A DNA stretch of 64,000 nt from Planctomycetota bacterium. Its GTDB lineage: Bacteria > Planctomycetota > JAJSAM01 > JAJVHW01. The position numbers and the translations under genes are program-made. The stretch is taken from the NCBI GenBank assembly GCA_965248445.1, contig CBDFJG010000004.1, positions 1,184,001-1,248,000 of the forward strand, read 5' to 3'. The notes beneath the pieces were generated by a model, which saw only the letters and a program-made list of their open reading frames with translations, did no database searches and was not told where the DNA came from. Shown here piece after piece: positions 29,490 to 38,564 of this stretch (within the stretch, counting starts at the first letter, position 1; the number at the start of each line of letters is the position of its first letter).

Positions 29490-29906
29490 GTGAACCGTAT
29501 GCCGTGCGTGCAGCGTGCCGTCGCCCTCGTTCTCCTATGCGCTTACGCGGCGCTGAGTTCGTTCGGTGCGGGGTGGGTTCTCTGCTCGGAGGCCGACGGA
29601 CGCGTGGCGCTCGAGGGCGCTGCCGCGGGCTGCTGCGACACGGCGCATGCAGAAGAAGCGCCCGGCTCTCCTGCTGATCAGGAGCACGACTGCGGCGACT
29701 GCTCGGACGTGGCACTCGACGAACTCACACGCTCTCGCCACGCGGACGACGAGCACGACGCGCCCGACCTGGCGCCCGCTCTCCGCGTTGTCCCGGCGAT
29801 CGCCACGATCGCGCACGCCGCGTCCTGCTCGCCGGAGCGAACACGCGCGCCGCCGCGTCCGCCGCCACAGCGCGCGCACCTCCTGACCGTTCGCCTCCTC
29901 CTCTGA
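29490..29906 (+). CDS. Small Cys/His-rich exported protein preceding the metal efflux operon
   Basis: Signal-like N-terminus, CC, HDCGDC, RAPP tail. Confidence 0.6.
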   Translation: MNRMPCVQRAVALVLLCAYAALSSFGAGWVLCSEADGRVALEGAAAGCCDTAHAEEAPGSPADQEHDCGDCSDVALDELTRSRHADDEHDAPDLAPALRVVPAIATIAHAASCSPERTRAPPRPPPQRAHLLTVRLLL

Positions 29907-29951
29907 CCGGCCGGCTCGCTCGAGTCGTTTCCGTTTCCGAGGAGGTTTCCC

Positions 29952-31328
29952 ATGTTCGCCCACGACGGGCGGTGCTGGGCGTGGCTCGGGGCGGCGGTCC
30001 TCCTCTTCGCGACGGGCTGCCGATCCTACGAACCCGCGCCCCTCGACCCCGCCCACATGCTCGCCGAGATCGAGAGCGCGCGACACGTCGCCGCCCCGGC
30101 TCAGCGTCTGCCGTTGGCTGAGGCCGTGTCGCTCGCACGCACGCGCTCGCCGGCCCTGATGACGGCACGCGAGTCCGCTGAGTCCGCGCGCTCACTCGCC
30201 GCGATCGACACGCCGCTGCCGAATCCGACCATCGGCGTCGGGGCGCTGCTGCTGAGCGGCCCGGACATTACCGGCGACACGAAGTGGGGCGCCGAGGGCG
30301 CCGTCGGCTGGCTACTGGATCTCGCCGGCGCACGGGGCGCTGCCCACGACGTGCGCTCAGCAGAGGCCACAGCGGCGAGCGTGTCACTCGCCGGCCGCGA
30401 ACGGGAGACGTACCTGGACGTGCGACGCGCGTTCGCACTGCTTCACACGGCCCGACGCCGCAGCGAGGCGCTCGCCGAGGCGGCACGCGCCGCGGACTCC
30501 TCGCTGAGCGTCACCCACCGGCTGGTCGAGGCGGCTCTCGCAACGGCGCTCGACGTCCGGGACATGGAGGTCGCAACGCACCGCGCCCGGGCCGACCTGC
30601 TCGCCGGACGGGAGGAGGAGGACGAGGCCCGGGCGACCATCGCAGGGCTGACCGGCCTCGCTGCAAGTGCGTTCCCCGACGTCGAAGCGCCTCAGATTCC
30701 CGCCTCCGCGCCGGGCCGCGAGCAACTCCTGGCCGGTCTCCTGCGCGATCACCCGGCTCTCGCGGAACGGCGGGCGGCCTACGACGTCACCGAGGCCGCG
30801 CTGCGCCAGGAGATCACCGCGCAGTTCCCCGGACTGGACGTCGAGCCGTCGGGCGAGCGGGAGGAAGACGCGGAGAAGTGGGGACTCGGCTTCGGCATCG
30901 AGGTGCCGCTCTTCGACCGGAACCAGCTCGGCATCGCCGCGGCCGAGGGCCGGCGGAACGAAGCGCGCGCGGCGTTCGAAGCTGCGCTCTCGCGACAGGT
31001 GGCCGCCATCGATGCCGCCCTCACGCGGCTCGCACACCGTGCAGAGCGGCTGACCCTGCTGCGCGACCAGGCCGAGCCCGCTGCCCGCGCGACCCTCGAC
31101 CTGGCCGACCGAGCGCTCCGCGGTGGAGCCGCGGACGCGCTGCGCTACATGACCGTCGCGCGAACCGAGCGCGAAGTACGGCTCGACCGCCTCGACGCGG
31201 AAGAATCCGTGCTTGAGGCGTGGTGCGACCTCGAGGCGGCATGCGGCTCACCGCTCCTGCGCTTCGCGAGCACCAACGTGAACGCAGCACCGTTGCCCGC
31301 GGCCGCTCCAGAAGGAGATCAGCGATGA
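29952..31328 (+). CDS. TolC/CzcC-family outer membrane efflux lipoprotein
   Basis: Lipobox ATGC, LPNP, EVPLFDRNQ motif. Confidence 0.85.
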   Translation: MFAHDGRCWAWLGAAVLLFATGCRSYEPAPLDPAHMLAEIESARHVAAPAQRLPLAEAVSLARTRSPALMTARESAESARSLAAIDTPLPNPTIGVGALLLSGPDITGDTKWGAEGAVGWLLDLAGARGAAHDVRSAEATAASVSLAGRERETYLDVRRAFALLHTARRRSEALAEAARAADSSLSVTHRLVEAALATALDVRDMEVATHRARADLLAGREEEDEARATIAGLTGLAASAFPDVEAPQIPASAPGREQLLAGLLRDHPALAERRAAYDVTEAALRQEITAQFPGLDVEPSGEREEDAEKWGLGFGIEVPLFDRNQLGIAAAEGRRNEARAAFEAALSRQVAAIDAALTRLAHRAERLTLLRDQAEPAARATLDLADRALRGGAADALRYMTVARTEREVRLDRLDAEESVLEAWCDLEAACGSPLLRFASTNVNAAPLPAAAPEGDQR

Positions 31329-32989
31329 AGAACGTGGTCCTTTGTATCGTCGGATCGACGCTCCTGGTCACTGCCGGAATCGCCGCCGGCTGGTACGTCG
31401 GAAGCCCCGACGAACCACACGTGGAGGTCGAGGCACCGGACCCGCACGCCGGACACCAGCACGCCGAAGACGAACCGCACGCGGACGAGCCCGACACAGC
31501 AGGCGGCGACCAACCGCTGTCAGCCCAGGCGCTCCAGAATCTCGGGGTCACGGTCGCGAAGGTGAGCCTCTCCGACTTCGTGCTGAGTGTTCGGGTGCAA
31601 GCGAGCGTCGTGGACGCACCGCTGAACGCCCGTCCGGTCACGACGGAGCTCGGCGGCATCGTGACGGAACTGCACGTGCGCCCCGGGCAGAGCGTCCGGC
31701 CGGGCACATCGCTGGCCACGCTGACGCGAACGGCCATCCCGCGCCCCGAGCTTCCTCTCGTCGGCGCGTTGCTGCCGTCGCTCAGTGAGGACCTGCACGA
31801 CGCCGTCGCGTCGTACCGCAACGCCATCACGCAGAGGAAGATCGTGAACCGTGAGCTCGAGCGCGTGCGCCGATTCACGGACACGGGCACGACGAACGGC
31901 CTCCCCATCCTCCCGCGCAAGACGCAGATCGATCTGGAGTACGACCTCGCGCGCGCGGAGCAGGGCCTCACCAACGCCCGTCGGGAGATCGAGCGGCACG
32001 GTCTCACGAGCGCGGAGATCGACGCGCTTCCCAGGCAGGGTGCCGTCGTTGCGAACGACGTGCTCTGGCGGCGCGCGCTCGCCGCGAACGGGTTCTGGTC
32101 CGAACGCGAAGACGCAGTCCTCGCCGCGCTGCCCGAGCGGCTGCGGCGCACTCCATGGGTCGTTGGCGGTCTCGGAGAACTGGCTGCCGCCGGGCGAAGC
32201 GGTGACGACCTCGCCACGGTCATCACCGCCACCCCCGCGTTGCGGGACCGCTTCGTCGAGGGTCTGTCCCTCCTCCTCGCGGGACACAGCGTCGCGCACG
32301 TCCGCCTGATCGCGGAGCGTGGCGAGCTGGAGCCGGTTGTCAGTCTGCGCGCCCCGGACGGTCCGCCCGACTGGGACGTCGAGAGCATCGCCGTGCAGCC
32401 GGGCCAGCGCGTGGAGGCCGGCGCCATCGCGGTCGTGCTCCACGACGCGCGCACCATGTGGATCCATGTCGAGCCGATCGGTGAGGAGGTCGCCGCCGTC
32501 ATCGCAGCGTTCGTCGAAGCGGTACCGCTCAGCGCAGCGCCCCTCCTGACGAAGGCCGGACCGGAGCTGACGGGACTGACCGTCGACCGGCTCGCCATCC
32601 GCGGCGGCCGCGGCACGGGCGCGTACATAGTCTGCCGGAACGCGCCGCTCGAAACGAGCGGACCGACCGGCACCCGCACGTGGGGCCTGCGCGAAGGCCT
32701 GCAGTACGTGGTCAGCGTTCCGGCCACGCGCATGCCGCAGCGCTTCGTGCTGCCCGCCGAGGCCGTCGTGCAGCAGGGCGCTGAGCGCGTCGTGCTCGTT
32801 CAGGACGGGGACGCGTTCGTATCGCACCCCGTGCACGTGGAGTACGAGGACGCAGACGTCGCCGTCATCGCGAACGACGGTGCACTCGAGGCGGGTGATC
32901 CCGTTGCCGTGACCGGCGCGTTCGCGCTCTCACTCGCGCAACAGGGCTCGCCGGCCGCCGATCGGCACGCGGGGCACGGCCATGACTGA
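31325..32989 (+). CDS. RND efflux periplasmic adaptor (CzcB-like) with His-rich segments
   Basis: N-terminal anchor, HAGHQH, lipoyl-like LHVRPGQSV, LPAEAVV, C-terminal HAGHGH. Confidence 0.85.
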   Translation: MKNVVLCIVGSTLLVTAGIAAGWYVGSPDEPHVEVEAPDPHAGHQHAEDEPHADEPDTAGGDQPLSAQALQNLGVTVAKVSLSDFVLSVRVQASVVDAPLNARPVTTELGGIVTELHVRPGQSVRPGTSLATLTRTAIPRPELPLVGALLPSLSEDLHDAVASYRNAITQRKIVNRELERVRRFTDTGTTNGLPILPRKTQIDLEYDLARAEQGLTNARREIERHGLTSAEIDALPRQGAVVANDVLWRRALAANGFWSEREDAVLAALPERLRRTPWVVGGLGELAAAGRSGDDLATVITATPALRDRFVEGLSLLLAGHSVAHVRLIAERGELEPVVSLRAPDGPPDWDVESIAVQPGQRVEAGAIAVVLHDARTMWIHVEPIGEEVAAVIAAFVEAVPLSAAPLLTKAGPELTGLTVDRLAIRGGRGTGAYIVCRNAPLETSGPTGTRTWGLREGLQYVVSVPATRMPQRFVLPAEAVVQQGAERVVLVQDGDAFVSHPVHVEYEDADVAVIANDGALEAGDPVAVTGAFALSLAQQGSPAADRHAGHGHD

Positions 32990-33016
32990 GACCTCGTCCC
33001 GCCATGAGGGCACCGC

Positions 33017-36000
33017 ATGCTGAACCGCCTGATCGCGTTCTCGCTCGGCAACCGCCTGCTCGTGCTTCTCTTGGCACTGGCGATCGCGGTGCTCGGCACC
33101 ATCACCGCCATCCGGCTGCCGGTGGACGTGCTGCCGGATCTCAACCGCCCCACGGTCACCATCCTGACCGAGGCGCACGGTCTCGTCCCTCAGGACGTCG
33201 AGCAACTGGTGTCGCGTCCGGTCGAGCAATCCGTGAGCGGTGCGACCGGCGTCATGCGCGTGCGGTCGACGTCGGGGCTGGGCCTGTCCGTCGTGTACGT
33301 CGAGTTCGACTGGGACATGGAGATCTACCGCGCGCGTCAGATCGTGCAGGAGCGGCTGCAGATCGCCAGCGCGAGCCTGCCCGACGACGTCGTGCCACAG
33401 ATGGCGCCCATCTCGAGCGTCATGGGCCAGGTGCAGATGATCGGGCTGCGCAGCAAGAGCGGCGCGATGGACGCCACCGAGATCCGCGCGTTCGCCGATC
33501 AGACCGTCAAGCTGCGGCTGCTCGGCGTGCCCGGCGTCGCCCAGGTCGTGTCGATCGGGGGTGCGCCGCGCCAGCTCCAGGTCATTGTCGACGTGGACCG
33601 GCTACGAGCGCACGACGTCGCGCTGGAGGAACTGGCCGAGGCGATCGGCGCGGCGAACGAGAACGCGTCAGGCGGGATCATGGACGTCGGCACCCGTGGC
33701 ACCGCCGTCTCGGTGACCGGACTGCTGACGTCGGCCGCCGACCTTGCGCAGGCGGTCGTGCGCGACGACCCCGTGCGTCCTGTACTGGTCGGGGACGTCG
33801 CCCGTGTCGAGTTCGGTCCGGCCGCAATCCGGACCGGTGATGCCGGAGTGAACGGCCAGCCGGGCGTCGTGCTGGTCGTGTTCAAGCAGCCCGACGTCGA
33901 CACCGTCAAACTCGCGGAACGCGTGGACCGGGTGCTCGCGGAGATCGCGGCATCTGCCGGGGGAGATCTGGAGATCCTCCCCGGCATCTACCGCCAGGCG
34001 GAGTTCATCGAGCGCGCGGTGGACAACGTGATCGAAGCGCTGCTCGACGGCTCCATCCTTGTGGTGATCGTGCTGTTCCTGTTCCTCGCGAACTTCCGCA
34101 CGACGCTCATCACGCTGACCGCCATTCCGCTCTCCGTCGCGGTCACGGCACTGGTCTTCATGCTGTTCGGGCAGAGCATCAACACGATGACGCTCGGCGG
34201 ACTCGCTGTGGCGATCGGAGCACTGGTCGACGACGCGATCGTCGGCGTGGAGAACGTGTTCCGGCGGCTCCGTGAGAACCAGACACAGATCTACCCGCGA
34301 TCTGGCGTCCAAGTCGTGTTCCGCGCGGTGAGCGAGGTGCGTTCACCGGTTCTGATCGGCACGCTGGTCGTGGCGGCGGTGTACCTGCCGCTCTTCGCGC
34401 TCTCCGGCATGGAGGGCCGGCTGTTCACGCCGATCGGCGCCGCCTACATCGTGAGCATCCTCGCGTCACTGCTGGTCTCGATGAGCGTCACCCCCGTGCT
34501 CTGCGCGTATCTCCTGCCCAACAGCCGAGCGATCGAGAAGGGACAACCGAGCGCAGTGGTGCGTGCCCTGCAGTCGGTCGCCGAGAAGGTAATCCGTCTG
34601 AGCCTCTCGCGGACCGGCGCCGTATCGGCCGCGTTCGCAGGTCTGCTCGTGCTCGCGGTGTTCGCGCTCGGAACGCGCGGCACGGAGTTCCTTCCGCCGT
34701 TCAACGAGGGCGTCGTGCAGGTCAACCTGGTGCTACCGCCAGGCACGGGCCTGACGACCTCCAACGCGTTCGGGCGCCGGCTGGAAGAATCGATCGTGGA
34801 GATCGAGGGGGTGGCCGGGGTCGGCCGGCGCACCGGTCGCGCCGAGGGCGACGAGCACGCCGAGGGCGTCAACGTCACCGAGATGATCGTCTCGTTCGAT
34901 CCCGAGTCCGAGCGCAGCCGCGACGAGATCCTGGCGGACGTGCGCGAGCGCATGCACGATGTGTTGCCCGGTGCATCCACATCCGCGGAACAGCCGCTCG
35001 CCCACCTGCTCTCGCACCTGCTGTCCGGCGTGTCGGCCCAGGTCGCGATCAAGGTGTTCGGCGACGACCTTCCGACGCTGCGGCGGGCAGCGGCGGAGGT
35101 GACGGACGCGATACGTCCCATCGACGGCGTGACGGACCTCATGGTCGAGCCGCAGGTGCTCGTGGAACGCGTGCAGGTGGACCCCCGCCGCACGCGTCTC
35201 GCGCGCCTCGGCCTCACCGTCGAAGACGTCGCGCATACGGTCGAGCTGGCCCTCGAGGGCAGCGAGGTCTCGCGCCTCGTGCAGGGCCGTTTCTCGTACC
35301 CGATCGTGCTGCGACTCGAGGAGGACGACCGACGCGACCTGCCCGCCCTCCGCAACCTGCTCGTCGAGGGCGAGAGCCACGACCACGCGCGGCTGGGTGA
35401 CGTCGCCGACGTGACACTCACCCGCACTCCGAACGGCGTGAAGCACGAGAACGCATCGCGACGCATCGTCGTGCAACACAACGTCGAGGGCCGCTCTCTC
35501 GGCGAGGTCGTGGCCGACGTCGAGCGTGCGCTGGCCGGAGTCCGCGCCACGCTGCCGCCGGGGTACTCGATCCGCGTCGGCGGCCAGTTCCAGGCGCAGC
35601 GCGACGCCCAGCGCGTGATCGGCGTGTTGTCGGTGCTGTCGCTCCTCGTGATGATCGGTCTGATCACGACACACTTCCGATCGGTACGGCTCGCACTGTT
35701 CCCCATCGCCTCCATCCCGATGGCGTTCGTCGGCGCCTCAGCGCTGGTCGTCATCACCGGACAGACCGTGTCCATCGCGACACTTGTCGGGCTGGTGTCG
35801 CTGGGTGGAATCGCGGCCCGCAACAACATCCTCCTGATTGACCACTACCTCCACCTCATGGCGGAGGAGGGCGAGTCGTTTTCGAAGGAGATGATCGTCC
35901 GCGCCGGCCGCGAGCGCGTCGTCCCTGTGCTCATGACTGCGCTCACAACGGGCGTCGCGCTGATCCCGCTGGTGCTCTCACCCGGTGAACCCGGCCGCGA

Positions 36001-36232
36001 ACTGCTCTACCCCGTGGCCAGCGTGATCGTTGGCGGCCTGATCTCCACGACGTTGCTCGACGTGCTGCTGACACCGGGGCTGTTCTGGACGTTCGCCGGC
36101 GGCATGGTCGGTGATGTCGTGAAGTCGCGCGCAGGCGAGCGCGCCGAGGTCGATCGCTACGGCGAGGCGCTGGCCGGCGAGGAAGCGCGCACCGCCGAAC
36201 CGGAGGTGCCGGACGACGTGGACGCCGGGTAG
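33017..36232 (+). CDS. Heavy-metal efflux RND permease (CzcA/CusA family)
   Basis: LPVDVLPDL, AIGALVDDAIVGVEN, GTEFLPPFNEG, PVLMTALT. Confidence 0.93.
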   Translation: MLNRLIAFSLGNRLLVLLLALAIAVLGTITAIRLPVDVLPDLNRPTVTILTEAHGLVPQDVEQLVSRPVEQSVSGATGVMRVRSTSGLGLSVVYVEFDWDMEIYRARQIVQERLQIASASLPDDVVPQMAPISSVMGQVQMIGLRSKSGAMDATEIRAFADQTVKLRLLGVPGVAQVVSIGGAPRQLQVIVDVDRLRAHDVALEELAEAIGAANENASGGIMDVGTRGTAVSVTGLLTSAADLAQAVVRDDPVRPVLVGDVARVEFGPAAIRTGDAGVNGQPGVVLVVFKQPDVDTVKLAERVDRVLAEIAASAGGDLEILPGIYRQAEFIERAVDNVIEALLDGSILVVIVLFLFLANFRTTLITLTAIPLSVAVTALVFMLFGQSINTMTLGGLAVAIGALVDDAIVGVENVFRRLRENQTQIYPRSGVQVVFRAVSEVRSPVLIGTLVVAAVYLPLFALSGMEGRLFTPIGAAYIVSILASLLVSMSVTPVLCAYLLPNSRAIEKGQPSAVVRALQSVAEKVIRLSLSRTGAVSAAFAGLLVLAVFALGTRGTEFLPPFNEGVVQVNLVLPPGTGLTTSNAFGRRLEESIVEIEGVAGVGRRTGRAEGDEHAEGVNVTEMIVSFDPESERSRDEILADVRERMHDVLPGASTSAEQPLAHLLSHLLSGVSAQVAIKVFGDDLPTLRRAAAEVTDAIRPIDGVTDLMVEPQVLVERVQVDPRRTRLARLGLTVEDVAHTVELALEGSEVSRLVQGRFSYPIVLRLEEDDRRDLPALRNLLVEGESHDHARLGDVADVTLTRTPNGVKHENASRRIVVQHNVEGRSLGEVVADVERALAGVRATLPPGYSIRVGGQFQAQRDAQRVIGVLSVLSLLVMIGLITTHFRSVRLALFPIASIPMAFVGASALVVITGQTVSIATLVGLVSLGGIAARNNILLIDHYLHLMAEEGESFSKEMIVRAGRERVVPVLMTALTTGVALIPLVLSPGEPGRELLYPVASVIVGGLISTTLLDVLLTPGLFWTFAGGMVGDVVKSRAGERAEVDRYGEALAGEEARTAEPEVPDDVDAG

Positions 36233-36242
36233 CCTGGCGCGC

Positions 36243-36719
36243 ATGGGAAACGAAGTTGTCCTGCGTGACGTCGCGGACGCGGACCTGCCGGTGCTCTTCG
36301 AGCACCAGCAGGACACAGAGGCCTGCTTCATGGCCGCGTTCACCCACGAGGACCCGAGCGACCGCGCGGCCTTCGACGCGCACTGGGCGAAGATCCGCGC
36401 CGCCGACAGCGTGATCACCCGCACGGTGCTGTGCGACGGCCACGTCGCGGGCAGCGTCGCGAGTTTCGTGATGTTCGGGGGCCGCGACGTCACCTACTGG
36501 ATCGGCCGCGAGTACTGGGGCGGGGGCGTGGCAACGGCGGCCCTGCACGCCTTCCTGGACGTCGACACCACCCGCCCGCTGGGCGCGCGCGTCGCCAAAG
36601 ACAACGCCGGCTCGATCCGCGTGCTCGAGAAGTGCGGCTTCGTCAAGACCGGCGAGGACCGCTACCACGCCCACGCCCGCGGCGAGGAGATCGATGAACT
36701 GATCTTCGCGCTCGCCTGA
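36243..36719 (+). CDS. GNAT acetyltransferase, RimJ/RimL type
   Basis: YWIGREYWGGGVAT, DNAGSIRVLEKCGF. Confidence 0.88.
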   Translation: MGNEVVLRDVADADLPVLFEHQQDTEACFMAAFTHEDPSDRAAFDAHWAKIRAADSVITRTVLCDGHVAGSVASFVMFGGRDVTYWIGREYWGGGVATAALHAFLDVDTTRPLGARVAKDNAGSIRVLEKCGFVKTGEDRYHAHARGEEIDELIFALA

Positions 36720-36742
36720 CACAGCGACATACTCCCGGAGCG

Positions 36743-37195
36743 ATGCAGGACTCCCTTCCCTCCACGAACGCCAAGCTGCGCGTGCTGTTCCTCTGCACGG
36801 GCAACTCCTGCCGCAGCCAGATGGCCGAGGGATTCGCCCGGTCGCTCCGCGCAGACAGGATCGACGCGTACTCCGCGGGCATCGAGACGCACGGCCTCAA
36901 CCCGCACGCGGTGCGCGTCATGGCCGAGGCGAACGTCGACATCAGCGGTCACACCTCGAAGACGCTCGCCGATCTCGCAGGCGTCGCGTTCGACCACGTC
37001 GTGACGGTGTGCGGCAACGCGCATGATACCTGTCCGGTACTCTCCGGTGACGTACACGTCGTTCACCGTGCGTTCGACGATCCGCCGGCGCTCGCGCAGA
37101 ACGCGGCGACCGAAGAGGAAGCGCTCGGTCACTACCGACGCGTACGCGACGAGATCCGCGCGTACGTCGAGACGCTCCCGGAGTCGCTCGCGTGA
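36743..37195 (+). CDS. arsC: Arsenate reductase, LMW-PTP fold (thioredoxin type)
   Basis: CTGNSCRSQMAEG, VTVC...CP, FDDP, RRVRDEI. Confidence 0.88.
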   Translation: MQDSLPSTNAKLRVLFLCTGNSCRSQMAEGFARSLRADRIDAYSAGIETHGLNPHAVRVMAEANVDISGHTSKTLADLAGVAFDHVVTVCGNAHDTCPVLSGDVHVVHRAFDDPPALAQNAATEEEALGHYRRVRDEIRAYVETLPESLA

Positions 37196-37905
37196 ACGTC
37201 CTCAAGAAGTGCGTCGCGGAGTTCGTCGGCACGTTCGCCATCGTGCTCGGTGGATGCGGCGCCATGTACTCGGATCGGCTGAGCCATGGCGGGGTTGGCA
37301 ACACCGGAATCGGACTGACCTTCGGGCTGATCGTGATGGCGATGGTCTGCGCGCTGGGGCATGTGAGCGGAGCGCACTTCAACCCCGCGGAGACGCTCGC
37401 TTTCACGGCGTCCCGTCACTTCCCGAAGCGAGAGGTCGTGCCCTACATCGCCGCGCAGTGCGCCGGCGCAATCTCGGGAGCGGCGATTCTCGCCGTGACG
37501 CTCGCGCCCGGGTTGCAGGCGAGGGTCGTCAACCGCCTGAGTCTGGGCGTGACTCTGCCTTACGACGATGCGTTCACGACCGCGCTGCTGTGGGAGTTCC
37601 TCCTCACTTTCCTGCTGATGTTCGTGATCATGGGCGTCGCCACCGACTACCGCGCGGTGGGCAAGTCCGCGGGCCTCGCCATCGGCGGCACGGTCGGATT
37701 CGAAGCGCTGTTCGCCGGCCCCATCAGCGGCGCGTCGATGAACCCCGCCCGCAGCCTCGGCCCGGCGCTCGTCTCCGGCGAGTGGTCGCACTTCGGCGCC
37801 TACGTGATCGGCCCCATCGCCGGAGCCGTCGCCGCCGCCCTGCTCTACCGCGCGATCCGCTGCGACCCGGCAGAACCGAACGGCGAGGTGAAGGGCTGCT
37901 GCTGA
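37192..37905 (+). CDS. MIP-family aquaporin, likely an arsenite channel
   Basis: Two NPA motifs (SGAHFNPA, SMNPARS); overlaps arsC; C-terminal CC. Confidence 0.9.
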   Translation: MNVLKKCVAEFVGTFAIVLGGCGAMYSDRLSHGGVGNTGIGLTFGLIVMAMVCALGHVSGAHFNPAETLAFTASRHFPKREVVPYIAAQCAGAISGAAILAVTLAPGLQARVVNRLSLGVTLPYDDAFTTALLWEFLLTFLLMFVIMGVATDYRAVGKSAGLAIGGTVGFEALFAGPISGASMNPARSLGPALVSGEWSHFGAYVIGPIAGAVAAALLYRAIRCDPAEPNGEVKGCC

Positions 37906-37924
37906 GGCCGCGGTCCGCGTTCAC

Positions 37925-38440
37925 TCACCGGCGCGAGCCGGGCGGCTGTTCATTCATCGAGTGGTAGGCCCGCCAGATCCGCCGCTGGATCCCGCGACGA
38001 GGTCGCTTCGTCACGTCACCTTGCAGGGTGTCGACCTCCAGGGGCGCCACGCGGCCGGGACACTGACAGTCCATCCAGAGGCGTTCCGGCGGAGGCTGCA
38101 GCGCAGCGTACCGAGCGAGGTACTCCTCGGAGCCGGCGAGCAGGTCTGCGCGGTCGGACTCGGTCGCGTCGTCGCCGAGCGGGATCTTCGAGAGACGGTC
38201 CCATCGCCACGCCTCGAGTTCAGCGAGTCGCGCCGGCCGCTCCGCCAGGGTGCGCTCTCTCGCCGCGGCGAGCCAGCCGAGGCGCCGGCACCCGTGACAC
38301 GGTCCGGGTCGATCCGGGTACGCAACTGTCGCAGCGATCAGTACCGCGAACGCGATGCGCACGATCGCCCAACCCCGCCGTGTCGCGGGCCGACGCGGCG
38401 GGCGGTCTCCCGCAAGTCGACGCGCGTCAGCCGGAGCCAC
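37925..38440 (-). CDS. Hypothetical membrane-anchored protein with CxxC/CxC
   Basis: TM segment, CHGC, CQC; TAGACT 6 nt before the GTG. Confidence 0.5.
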   Translation of the reverse strand: MAPADARRLAGDRPPRRPATRRGWAIVRIAFAVLIAATVAYPDRPGPCHGCRRLGWLAAARERTLAERPARLAELEAWRWDRLSKIPLGDDATESDRADLLAGSEEYLARYAALQPPPERLWMDCQCPGRVAPLEVDTLQGDVTKRPRRGIQRRIWRAYHSMNEQPPGSRR

Positions 38441-38524
38441 TGCGTGAGTCTACTACCCTGCTGTGAGGCCGGCGTCGCGTGGCAGCGGACACCGGGCTCG
38501 ACATCTCGGTATTCTGGAGGATGT

Positions 38525-38552
38525 TGAACCGGTCACGGCCCGGCCGGCGTGA
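38525..38552 (+). promoter_or_regulatory. Putative ECF-type autoregulatory promoter
   Basis: TGAACC-N17-CGTGA just upstream of the ECF gene. Confidence 0.5.
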
Positions 38553-38564
38553 ACCACGTAGACG

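Noticed and set aside
37894..37930. Aquaporin GCC-TGA as a second Sec readthrough
   Set aside because: C-terminal CC is common in arsenic proteins, the MIP domain is complete, and a convergent gene ends 20 nt later.
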